The position numbers and the translations under genes are program-made. A stretch of 30,069 nt of DNA. Origin: Chiloscyllium plagiosum. Its lineage: Eukaryota. Position 1 is the stretch's first letter; every line of letters begins with the position of its first letter. The stretch covers positions 24,359,414 to 24,389,482 of the forward strand of contig NC_057718.1 in the NCBI RefSeq assembly GCF_004010195.1, in the 5' to 3' direction. The notes under the pieces are model-generated. The model ran no database searches, had not been told where the DNA came from, and saw nothing but the letters and a program-made list of their open reading frames with translations. Below, in pieces: positions 1-10,430 of the stretch.

Positions 1-319
1 ACGTAACATTTTGCACCACAAACATTGCACCACATTTTGTTCACCTTCAAAAATAATGAATGAGAGTTGTGAAATTTGTTTTAAATGCTCTTTAAACACT
101 TGATGCGTAATGGTGGTTAGAAAGACTTTCAAATACACACATTGGAGTTGTTGGAACCTGTATTTTTTAAAACTGACGCAGAATAGCTTTCAATAAAGTG
201 ATCCATGTCTACCACACCCAAATGATAAGCAACTCCAACCTTCATTTTGGTTCCCTCTTCCCAAAGGAAGGCATTTACAGCGACAGTTATTCTGTGTATC
301 TGCAGAATACATTGAACTT

Positions 320-850
320 GGGAAAGCATTTCAAAGCACTTCAGAAAAGTGGGAGGAAAAATGGACTTCAAGCCAATGGGGAAGGCTCCGGAGACCTGAG
401 TAAAAGTGTCCAAAGAGAACTTTGAAGATGGAAAGCAAATGCTTTAAGTTGGCAACCCCAGAACTTTGGGGCCTAGGTAGCTAAAGGTACACGTGCTAAT
501 GGTAATGCAAAGGAAAGGGAGTTTAGAAAAGGGCGAAGTCAGTGAAAAAGAGAATTTAGTGGTAAGGTGTAGGAATGGAGGTCCCTACATAACTAGGGAA
601 AGGGGGAGCCTGGTGAAATTTAAGTGAAAGTCTAAGAACTACAAATTTGAGGCATTGAGGGAAGAGGAAGTGCATTGCAGGTCAATGCCCTTTAAGATGC
701 ATTGATAATTATGACTATTTAAGAATGACGTACTGGAGACCATTGGAATAACCAAGTCAGGAGGCAACAAGGCATGAGTGAGGATTTCAGTCACTTGGTG
801 GGGGTGAAGTAAAGGAGGAGGCTGGCAATGCGGAGATGCCAGGATGCAGC
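320..850 (-). mobile_element. Degraded LINE (probably L2 clade) 3' fragment
   Basis: Purine-rich + strand with 'gggcctaggtagctaaagg' and 'gagtgaggatttcag', which resemble the reverse complement of L2 3' regions as I recall them. No intact ORF; boundaries approximate. Confidence 0.4.
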
Positions 851-1290
851 TTCTCATGGGTCCAAGGATTTCTCATTTAGCCAGTTTCTGTGAAATTGAC
901 AATGAAATGGGTTAGAGCTTTACGTGACATTAATTGAGATCTTTGTTGCTGCTGCATTGGCAATTGTGCTCTGGCTGTATATGTTGAGCTTACAGTGGCT
1001 TGCTTCAGGCACCTTGGGAGAGGTGTAGCATCAGCCTGGCATCTGGACAAACAATGCTGCATGCTTTAACTGTTCAGGTCTTTTATCTGTGAATAAGCAT
1101 TGGATTTGTAATTTGTCCTGGGACCAATTAATTGCACATGTGGTACTGTCTACTTTGCTATAATTAAGATCTCTTTTCGCAAAGTAGTTCCATTCCATGA
1201 AGATATGTGGTTTGTAATGCAAAATGTCAAATTGCTTCCCTTGTTTCAATTTGCTTTATTTGCTTGGCATCTTGGAATCTCTGCTTCTGT

Positions 1291-1299
1291 TGGGTGGTC
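1291..1299 (-). promoter_or_regulatory. Perfect GLI consensus site (GACCACCCA)
   Basis: TGGGTGGTC on + at 1291-1299, in sequence with no recognisable repeat. Motif match only; function untested. Confidence 0.3.
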
Positions 1300-1967
1300 T
1301 TTCAGGACTTGTAACATGCCCTGGTGCAGCAGCTCTGCTGTGATGTATTTTAATATTTATGTCAATTGCATGATGGGTCATACAAGGGAGTAAGCAGTTT
1401 TCTTTCCTAACTTCCACTTGATCTTCCCAGGGATAATTAAAAGTTATAGGTGTGCAACAAAATGTCTTCATTCAAATATGAAAACATGTACAATGATCAT
1501 TCCTTTGCAGTTCTTGCTTAGTTATAAGATCAGTAAACCTACTGTGCAACCATTGTCAAATTTACGTAGTGATCCTGTAGATCTTGAGTACTTATGCCAG
1601 TGTGGCAGTAGTGAAGATATTTTTATTCCCCATATCTTTAAACTGCACTCAGCCACCAATTAATTTCATCTGGACTGAACAAAATTGGCCGATCTGTTCA
1701 ATAAGATGGTAGATTTCTTGTGTGGGCATACCAACTACCAGCACTATATGAACTGCTGTTCGTGGTAAAGGTTGCTACCACCATTCTTGCTTGGTATAGG
1801 ATACTAAAGGGCCTGCATGTCTAGTGAGGGAAAGGAAAACCATTCCTAGTCAAACTAGAAGAGTTTCTTCCAGTTAACAAATAGTTGATTGCATGTTAGC
1901 AACTAGTTACAGGTTGGAGTGACATGATGGATTGTAAAACAGACTTTGAGGTGAGTTAAATACCTGG

Positions 1968-2061
1968 TTCTATCCCCTTAAGAACCTTACCTGTTTTGGC
2001 AACTTATCCACAAAATATCATCATAGTTGCCAAAAAAGGTAAGGTTCTTAAGGGGATAGAA
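1968..2061. repeat. Long inverted repeat / hairpin (37-bp arms, 20-nt loop)
   Basis: 1968-2004 TTCTATCCCCTTAAGAACCTTACCTGTTTTGGCAACT matches the reverse complement of 2025-2061 at 36/37 positions. Confidence 0.95.
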
Positions 2062-2689
2062 GTCCCATATAACAATAGGGACCTCCAGGAGAAGCCTGAG
2101 TATGATTTTATAGTACTACTCCCTGAAGGTGACCTGCAAACACTTAGCCCTTTGTGTGATGCACCATGGTTGACGATGGGCTTGCTGTGAAGTGCCATCC
2201 TCTTGTTTACTTAGTTGTTCATCACCATTCTATACTGGATGTGGCAGTTGAGAAGACTATTTAGATCTATCAAAACAGGACTTTTCAGTCCCAGAGGAAT
2301 GTTCAGTCCTGATGGTCTTAATTAAATTGGTGAGATCAAGAAGTTATATTCCAAATCCGATAAGTTAACAACTAAGCTATATGGCTTATTGCATCTAAAT
2401 CCGTCTGTATGCTTACAGCTTTATTGTGACTGTTTTCATGAGCTGATATGGATAAATTGGGTGATCCCTCCTCCTCCTGGGAGGATGGCATTGGTCTTCT
2501 GAAATCTCACCGTTGAAGAACCACTATTTAAAGAAGACTTTTTCTGAGTAAAATCTTCTGCATGCTGGTAACCAAGTGTCGAAGTTCTTCCTTAAATATA
2601 TCCTCCCTTAATCTGTTGTAGAGATTAGAGCATGGGGTATGTGAGTTTGTTTTTTTTTATTGATTGTACAGAGATATTTTCTTATTGTA

Positions 2690-2995
2690 ACATACAAGGT
2701 TCTGAGGATAGATGCTGGGAAGATGCTCCAGCTTATAGGGAACTCTAAAACTGGGGGCACAGTTTAAAAATAAGAGCCCTGCCATTTAACATGAACTAGC
2801 AAGGAATTTCTTCCAAGCGTCATTAGTCTTTGGAATTATTTTTCCTGGAGAGCAGTGGAGGCTGGATCGTTGAATGTATTTGAGGCTGAATTAGACTGAC
2901 TTTTAATTGCTAGGGGATTCAAGAGTGAAGAGTGGTAGGCAGTAAGGTGGCACGAAAGCTGTGATCTAATTGAATGATAGAGCAGGTTCAATGCA
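2690..2995 (+). mobile_element. CR1-clade LINE 3' fragment
   Basis: Frameshifted remnant reading ~'SKTGGHSLKI...SLWN...RAVEAGSLNVFEAELD', typical of the CR1 ORF2 C-terminus, followed by a 3' UTR-like 'gatctaattgaatg..agcagg'. Confidence 0.7.
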
Positions 2996-3841
2996 TTTAA
3001 TGTCCTGCAAACCAATAAAACGCCAAATCCTTCACCAAAGGTGAATCTTTCCAATTATCATCACCTGCACCATAAGCTGTGCAAATGTTACCTTTACAAG
3101 TAGCCATCCAATTCCATTTTTGAATATTACTAATTAATTATCCTCCACTATTGTTTTCAGATAGTGTTACAGGTGAGCATATAATTTTGAATGTCTTCTA
3201 TGCTTAATCAGCTTATTTTAATAGCATTAAATATTGAAGTCATACCATTGCAATTGCACAGGTTAAGAGCATTGACAGAGATTAAGGAGTAGTTATTGCT
3301 GGCTGTTTTATGAGAAAAGATTCTAGCTAAAAGTGAGCTAGCAGTGAAGGTGGCAATGTATTTAGTTTGCATGTAATATTGTGTAAGCTAAAGTCCCAAG
3401 CTGCTGATTATCTGAATTGTGGAGAATACAGTATGTTCCAGGAGAAAATTATTTGCCATTTGGTTTCAGCATTGAAAATAATGAGCTCACATGTTTGGCT
3501 TTTATAATCTCGTCAGACATGAAAATGATTTACAGTCAAATGTGCTAGAGCTATCCCTTTTGTCTTTCAAAGGGATCATCTCTGAGGTATCCTCTTGCAT
3601 TCAATGATATGGAGGAATACATCATGTGAAATGTTCAGGCTGAGGGATTGCAATGATTAATATGAATTGCAGCAGTACTCAGAGCTATTAGAGTTCTGCT
3701 CCAAGATGTTGTGAAATAAAATTGGTTTAAGATTGTTTAAATGCAATATGCTTCTCTTCAATGCAAATTATTACTGACGAATAGCAGAAGTTTAAAAATG
3801 TATTTTGAGCTTGTTTTGATTATATTGTTTCCTTTTGTCAG

Positions 3842-3991
3842 CTTCTTGGACACAGCAGCATATTTTAGCATGAAGCCAAAGTCTGGAGATAAAGAAGTCA
3901 CTCCAAATCACTTATTTACCCTGTGGTATGAGTTTTGCTCAGACTTCAAAGACTACTGGAGAAAGGAAAGCAAAGTTATTCTTAAGGAAAA
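3842..3991 (+). CDS. Internal coding exon of a cappuccino-class formin (FMN1/FMN2 family), C-terminal FH2 region
   Basis: Pyrimidine tract and AG acceptor (ttgtttccttttgtcag, ends 3841); donor GTAAGT at 3992. 150 bp, phase 2/2. Translation [49 protein letters not shown](K) matches the FMN-family 'YF.MKPK.G.KE..P...F..W.EF.SDFK..W' signature. Paralog not resolved, so no symbol given. Confidence 0.93.
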
Positions 3992-4234
3992 GTAAGTATA
4001 TTCAGTCTTTTCAGTTTTTCCTTTTACTAACATTGTTTGACATTTCCTTAATTTCAGTATGGTGTTTTGTGCATTCCTGTTGGCCAGGCCACTCCCACTG
4101 TCTGTTTTCACCTGTCTATCTCTCCCTAACTCTCTATCTGTAAATTTGAGAGTCACTGTCCTGACCAGAAGTCAACATTTGTTTTAAGATTGCTTATGAC
4201 TTAAAAAAGTTTTGATCAATCAGGAGATTATAGA

Positions 4235-4665
4235 CAATATAGAGCCAAACTAAGCTAGTCCCTTTGTCTGCATTTGGTCCATATCCACCTAAACCTTTCC
4301 TATTCATTATCCAGTCAAAATGTATTTTAAATGTTGTAACTACGTCTGCATCTACCACTTTCTCTGGCTTTAATTGCATATACACATGAACCTCTGTGTG
4401 GATAAGTTTGCCCCCCCCCCCCCACCTTGTAAATCTGTGCTCTTTAGTTTTGAACTCCGCGTCGCTAGGGAAAAGACCTTTACAATTCATTTTATCAATG
4501 CCAATCTTGATTTTATAAACCTTTCTAAGGTTACCCCTCAACCTCCCATGCTCCATGGAAAAAGGTCCCAGCCTCCTCTTATAGCTCCAGACCTGGTAAC
4601 ATCATTAGTAAATCTTTTCTGCACCCTTTCTAATTTAATAATATCATTCCTATAGAAAGGCAACT
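4235..4665 (-). mobile_element. CR1/HER1-type LINE 3' fragment
   Basis: ORF 4194..4556 reads RLRGNLRKVYKI..GLFP...KTKEHRF...TFKIHFD..MNRKGLGGYGPNA, a characteristic CR1 ORF2 C-terminus. Contains a C13 run at 4411-4423. Confidence 0.85.
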
Positions 4666-4944
4666 AGATCTTTTATGTAACATGATGCAAAAAAGGATGA
4701 AGCTGAACTCACGTTCACACACGAGGTACTGTTCATGTCAATTTGACCATTTGTAATCTCTTCTAATTAATGTCCCAGACATTCCATCTTAGAGTAAGGG
4801 GCTCTATCCACATGCATTATATTTTTAGTTGTAGTTTTCATCCCATCATTCCCCTGGCATCCTTTCCATTGCTGTCTTCCCGTTAGTCCTGACGAATGAA
4901 TGCAAACAAAAGATTGTGATCTTTCCTGAATAGTTCTAGAAGAA

Positions 4945-5250
4945 GCATGGTAGCTCAGTGGTTAGCACTGCTGCCTCATAGTACCAGGGAGCCGGGTGCA
5001 ATTCCCATCTCTGGCGACTGTGTGGAGTTTGCACATTCTCTCCATGTCTGTGTGGGTTTCCTCCAGGTGCTCCGGTTTCCTCCCACAACCCAAAGATGTG
5101 CAGATCAGGTGAATTGGCCATGCTAAACTACCCATAGTGTTGGGTCCATTAGTCAGGGGTAAATGTAGGGGAATGGGTCTGGGTGGGTTACTCTTCGGAG
5201 GGTCAGTGTGAACTTGTTGGCCAATTGGCCTGTTTTCACACTGCAGGGAA
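4945..5250 (+). mobile_element. HE1-type tRNA-derived SINE
   Basis: A-box 'tagctcagtggttagcactgctgcctca', V-SINE-like core 'gtggagtttgcacattctc..gtgggtttcctcc', and 3' tail 'ttgttggcc..ggcctgttttcacactg'. Homologous to the copies at 8119-8477 and 17894-18110. Confidence 0.9.
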
Positions 5251-6763
5251 GCAAGTCTTAAATACCCCAATTCCATACAGTTCTTACCGTGGCGAATCCA
5301 GCTGTATTTGTACGTTGCTTGCCAGATGCCTTGGTGTGGACCTAGATCTGCATTAAATTTTTGAAATTTCTTAAACAAGATAGCTGGAAATATTTAGGCC
5401 AATAAAATCGAACATACTTAAGAAATAGCTGGTACTTTGCCATAAATAGTTTTCTTTAATTTAATTTTATTCAATGAATAGCGTCTTACATGGAAAATAC
5501 GCACAGAAGTAGGATATGTGTCCATAAGTCGCTTGTGTATTTTGAAAGATGCCTTCAACCAAACAACTTGCTTGAAAAAGCAGGATTGTGGTCCTTATAG
5601 AACTGTCCACCTAAACGAATAGGGCATGCATGTTAAAGTTTGCTGCATACCTGTGGAATACAGAAGAATCCGCTTACCTAACATCTAACAAATATCAGGT
5701 ACCTAACTGCATCGGACTGGCGTTGGGGGTGGGGGGGAGAAAAGGACACCTTTTGTTTAAGCCAGCATGATTGATTTGTGTTTTCTTCTGCTGTGAACCA
5801 CATGCTCTCGAGTTCACACTTTTGGTGAAGCATTTTGAAAATAGTGGGCTCAGTTTCCACCTTTGCTTACATGTCAGGATACTTTGTTAAAGCAAAGCCA
5901 GAGGACATTACTCAACACTGGTGGGTTGTTATGTTGTATTACCACGAAGACCACAGCTGTGTGGCTTCTTTGTTTTTTTTTTGACATTTGTTTGTAATAA
6001 AAACTCTAGGTGGGAGAATACAAAGTCTCTGCTCACCTCCCGACTTCACCCACTGCTTTTAACTGTTGGAATATATTAGTATTTCTGGCAAACTATCTAT
6101 CAGACTGCTGGAAAATATAATACAAAACATTTTTTAATAAAAATGAAAAACAAGTAACTTGGACATGTTCTCTGTGATGACTTTCTTTTTTGAAGAAAAG
6201 GAGTTTGGTGTGAGTTACATTACCTCAGTGGTTTTGTAAGTTGCTGAAAGCAGTTGAGGTCTACTTTGGAAAATGTGTGTGGTGTCATTTTTTTTTCTCT
6301 TTCCTGTTACAACATATCCTTAGCTCTCCATTCTACCTCTAGATTTGAAACAAATATTCAGATGGCATATTCCCAACAGTTTCCTAATATCATTTCATTT
6401 GTGTGTCAGGCATATGAGTGACCTATAGACAATTTATTTTCTTGCTGGATTTGCCTTTCGTCCTGTTGATCTGGAAAACTTAACTGAGACACAAAACCGA
6501 CACAAGCAAAGCTCTGAGAATCCAGAGCACGTTGCAGTGCTCCCCAAACTTTTTCTCTCTGTGACCCTGAGTAAGAATGGAGAATGTGGTTGGACAGCCA
6601 TACTGCAGCTATAACTTGGTCAGACCTTGACAGTCGCCATTGCTTCCTGACAACTTGAGACCCCAAAATTTAAGTTTGTGGTAACACTTGGTGTCCTAAA
6701 CTTTGGAAAATCCTGGCATATTCTATCAGTGCATCAACATAACCATTTGATTATTGTGTGTAC

Positions 6764-6965
6764 AAGGGATTTGCTTGGCTTAGTTGGCTAGACGGCTGGT
6801 TTGCTATGCAGAGTGATGCCACCAGTGTGGGTTCAATTTCTGCATTGACCGAGGTTACCATGAAGGTATGGCCTTCTCTGCCTCACTCTTCGTCTGAGAT
6901 GTATTGACTCTCCGGTTAAACGACCGCCAGTCGTTTCTCTGAGAGATAACCTGAATCCTCTGGGT
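6764..6965 (+). mobile_element. tRNA-derived SINE (family other than HE1)
   Basis: Pol III A-box TGGCTTAGTTGG (6776-6787) and B-box-like GGTTCAATTTC (6830-6840), followed by a body unlike HE1. Confidence 0.65.
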
Positions 6966-8118
6966 CTGCAAACACTTGACCCTTATTTGTATTCAAATGT
7001 GCTAAACACGTTTTTACCAACCATAAAATCCCCCAAAGTGGGGAGAGTTCCAAAGTAGAAAGATATTCAAATAGGAAATGGTTTGGTTTCTCTTCATTTA
7101 TATCAGGAGGCAATACTGCACAAATTTACTGTCTTAAGTTGAAAACACATATTACAATCCAGCAAAGTTTTGGTGGTAACTTACAAGTCAGTAGCTAATT
7201 GAGACAAGGTTCTGAAGAATCATGCAAGAAGAACTCTCCGCCCTTCCAAACCCTTTGACCTGACTCCCAGGACCCCATTTCCCAGTTGTGCACAAGTTAA
7301 CTTGTGTTTGTATCACACCTTCAACTTAGTAAAATAGTTCAAGGTGTGAAATACGTGAACTGTTAAATTCAATTCTCTCTCGTTCTGGGGAACTTCCTTA
7401 CTAATTAATGTATACCATGTTAGCAGAACATGCAATTTCAATACTTGTTGACTGTTCACTGACAGACATGCAGATACTAGTGAAGGAGGCACAGATTTGC
7501 TGATGGCTAGACAGTTGTTCCAGCATGGTTGGGAGTTGCGCACGGGTCCCTGTGGAATTCCCACCTTAGACTCCAAAGGAATTGCCGAGGAAATTGAAGA
7601 TTCTGCTAAACAATTCCTTTTCACCTGGAACACTCAAAGTCTTCATTTATATCTGAGAATTTGGAGGGTTCTGCTGAAATTAAGCAAATAATTACTCAGG
7701 AAAAGTTACAACAATTAAATGCATCAGCTAACTCCTGAGAAATGATTCAACAGATCCCATACTTACTTCATCCATCCCCAGTATACTTTTCCTAGACCAC
7801 CTGTGCATCCCAGTTCCCTCCTCAATCCTGTTGGACCCAACCCAGACCCCCATCTCTGGAACAGAACCCACCCTGTCCTGTTGGACTTGATTTTCTCCAT
7901 CCGACCCAAAATACTCTAAGCATTGCATTACTTACTTGGCTCCTTGCTTACCTGGTCCTTTTCTCACCTTGCCCCTTTGCTACTTTGCATACTGGTACAT
8001 AAACCAGCTTGGTATTCTATATCCTGTACACCTGGCCCCTATCTCTAGCACTCTATCCTGTGGACATTTAGCACCTGCTCACCTCACATTCTACTCAACT
8101 AGTACCCCACCCAGTGCA

Positions 8119-8477
8119 CATAGAATCATGGAGTCCCTACAGTGTGGAAACAGGTTCTTTGGCCCAACAAGTTCACACTGATCCTCCAAAGACTAACCCA
8201 GCCAGACCCGTTCCTCTACTCTATTACTCTATTCTTCCCCTGACTAATTCACCTAACCTACACATCTCTGGACACTATGGGCAATTTAGCATGGCCAATT
8301 CACCTAACCTATACATCTTTGGACTGTGGGAGGAAACCAGAGCATCCAAAGAAAACCCATGCAGACATGGGGAAAATGTGCAAACTCCTCACAGACAGTC
8401 ACCCAAGGTTCGAATCAAATCCGGGTCCCTTGTGCTGTGAGGCAGCAGTGCTAATCACTGAGCCACCATGTCTCCCC
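8119..8477 (-). mobile_element. HE1-type SINE, full length
   Basis: Reverse complement of 'catggtggctcagtgattagcactgctgcctcacagc...cttgttgggccaaagaacctgtttccacactgtaggga'; aligns with 4945-5250. Confidence 0.9.
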
Positions 8478-8730
8478 ATCTAGCACTGTAAACCCTCACT
8501 GAGCACCTTAATCGCATACTTAACTCATACCTGCTATTTGACAGCAACATAAATGTGGCTGGCTGGATGTTAACTTCCAAAAACAGCAGGTAACTGCTGT
8601 TGAAAGGGGGTAGGACAGTAAGAAGGAACTGCCAGAATGGAAGTACAGCTCTGTTTCAGAAGGAGCCCGATCAGAATCTTCTGTCAGAAATGTGGAGCCG
8701 CCTCCTTTTGTAAATCGAAAGGGCTGAGTT

Positions 8731-10430
8731 TCATTTGATTTATTGTAGCCACATGTACCTAAGTACACTGAAAAACTTTGTTTTATGAGGAGTACAGGCA
8801 GATCTCGAGTGCTCAGAGCAAGGCATACAAGGTTACAGTTGCACAGGAGAAGCACAAAGCAAGATCAACATTGGATTTGAAGTTAGAGAGGTCCATTCAG
8901 GAGTCTAATAACAGTAGAGAAGAAGCTGTTCTAGAAACTGCTGGTGCATGTATTCAAGCTTCTGTATCTTCTCCCTTATGGAAGAGGTTGGAAGAGAGCA
9001 TTACCGGGGTGGGATGGATCTTTGCCATGGACAGGCTGCCAACATTTTCAATGAGAAGTGTTAACGGATGGGAGGTTGGCTTCCATGATGGTCTGCGCTG
9101 TTAACAAAACCTTCTGTAGTTTCTTAGGATCCTGCGCAGAGCGGTTGCCGTACCAGCCTATTGTTCACCTGGATAGAATGCTTTCTGTGGTGCATCTGTA
9201 CATGATGGTGAGAGTCCTTACGGACGCGCCAAATTACCTGAGTCTGTCTTGACTGTAGCATCTCCGAGGGAGGTCCAGGAGAGATGTCGGTTATTGTCAC
9301 TCTAAGGAGCTTGACACTTTCAACCATTTCCACCTCCGCTGATGTAGATGGGGTGGGGGGTGGAAGAGTGTCCTCCTCCTCCTTTCTTCCTGAAGTCAGT
9401 AATCAATTCTCTACTTTTGCTGACATTGAAAGAGAGGTTGTCAGCATTGCGCCATGGCACCAAGCACACACACTCTTTCCTGTATTCTGACTCATAGTTG
9501 GTTAATAGCTGTTCTATTACAATGATATCATCAGCAAACTTGTCGATGGCATGCTTATCGAATTTGGCTACACAGTGATAAATGTACTGGGAGTACAGTA
9601 GGAAGCTGAGAATGCATCATTAGGGGGTGCCAGTGTGGAGGATTATCATGAAGGAGGTACGTTTGTCTATCTTCACTGATTACGGTCTGTGGGTCGGGAA
9701 GCTGAGGATCCAGTTGCAGAGGGTGGAGCTGAGACCTAGTTCTCAGTTTTGCGTTTGGTTTGGGAGGGATGATGATGTTGACTGCAGCTCTGCCTTCAAT
9801 GAGTGGAATTATGATATAGGTGTCCTTGTAATCAAGATGCTCTGGGAATGAGTATCAAGCTAAGGAAATGGCATTCACTGTGGATCTATTTTGCTGGTAG
9901 GCAAATTGTCAGGGATCATGGGAGGCTAGAGTTGATATGGGCCATGACCAGCCTCTCGAAACACGTCATGATTATGGCAGTCAGAGCCACTGGGCGGTAG
10001 TCATTAAGGCACGTTACATGTGCTTTCTTTGGTACTGGGATGATGGTCGTCTTGAAGCAGGTGGGGACTTCGGATTGTAGCAAGGAGAGGTTGAAGTTGT
10101 CACTGAATAGCTCAGCCAGCTGGTCTTCACAGGATCTATGTGCATGGCCAGAGGTTCTCTCTGGGCTTGTCCGTTTCCATGGAGTTCACTCTCAGGTAGA
10201 CTGATCTGACAGCAGCAGCGGTGATAGAGGGAACAGGTGAGTCTGGAGCTGATGGGCAGGTGACATCACGCCGCTGGCATTCTGCTCGAACCGAGCTTAG
10301 AAAGCATTGAGTGCATTAGGGAGAGATGTGTTTTTGTCCACTATCTTGCGCTCCTTCATTTTGTACCCCGTTATGTTCTGTAGGCTTGCCACTGGTGGCA
10401 GGTGGTACTGAGAGATTGTCACTCTCTGAT
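8731..10430 (-). mobile_element. Rex1/Babar-clade LINE, 5'-truncated and degenerate (RT plus 3' UTR)
   Basis: Minus-strand motifs: LNAF*ARFE (~10300), VPTCFKTTIIPVPKK (~10050), LNDYRPVALTAIIMTCFERLVMAH (~9940-10010), GTP**CILS.LLYS (~9600), KFADD (~9530), MVESVKLL. Tail ...catgtggctacaataaatcaaatgaa. Confidence 0.88.

Noticed and set aside
3741..3995. 84-aa ORF as a standalone gene
   Set aside because: Only 3842-3991 is formin-like and it is bounded by splice sites; the rest is intron read-through.
4945..5010. tRNA genes here and at ~6770 and ~17894
   Set aside because: They are SINE heads that run into SINE bodies; no complete cloverleaf is evident.
4962..5378. 138-aa ORF and similar peptides at 8114-8483, which look like a gene family
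   Set aside because: These are antisense translations of HE1 SINE copies.
5723..5745. G-runs as a G-quadruplex element
   Set aside because: Simple homopolymer-like tract with no other support.
7286..7306. Overlapping palindromes TTGTGCACAA and CACAAGTTAACTTGTG
   Set aside because: Short and isolated, with no supporting context.
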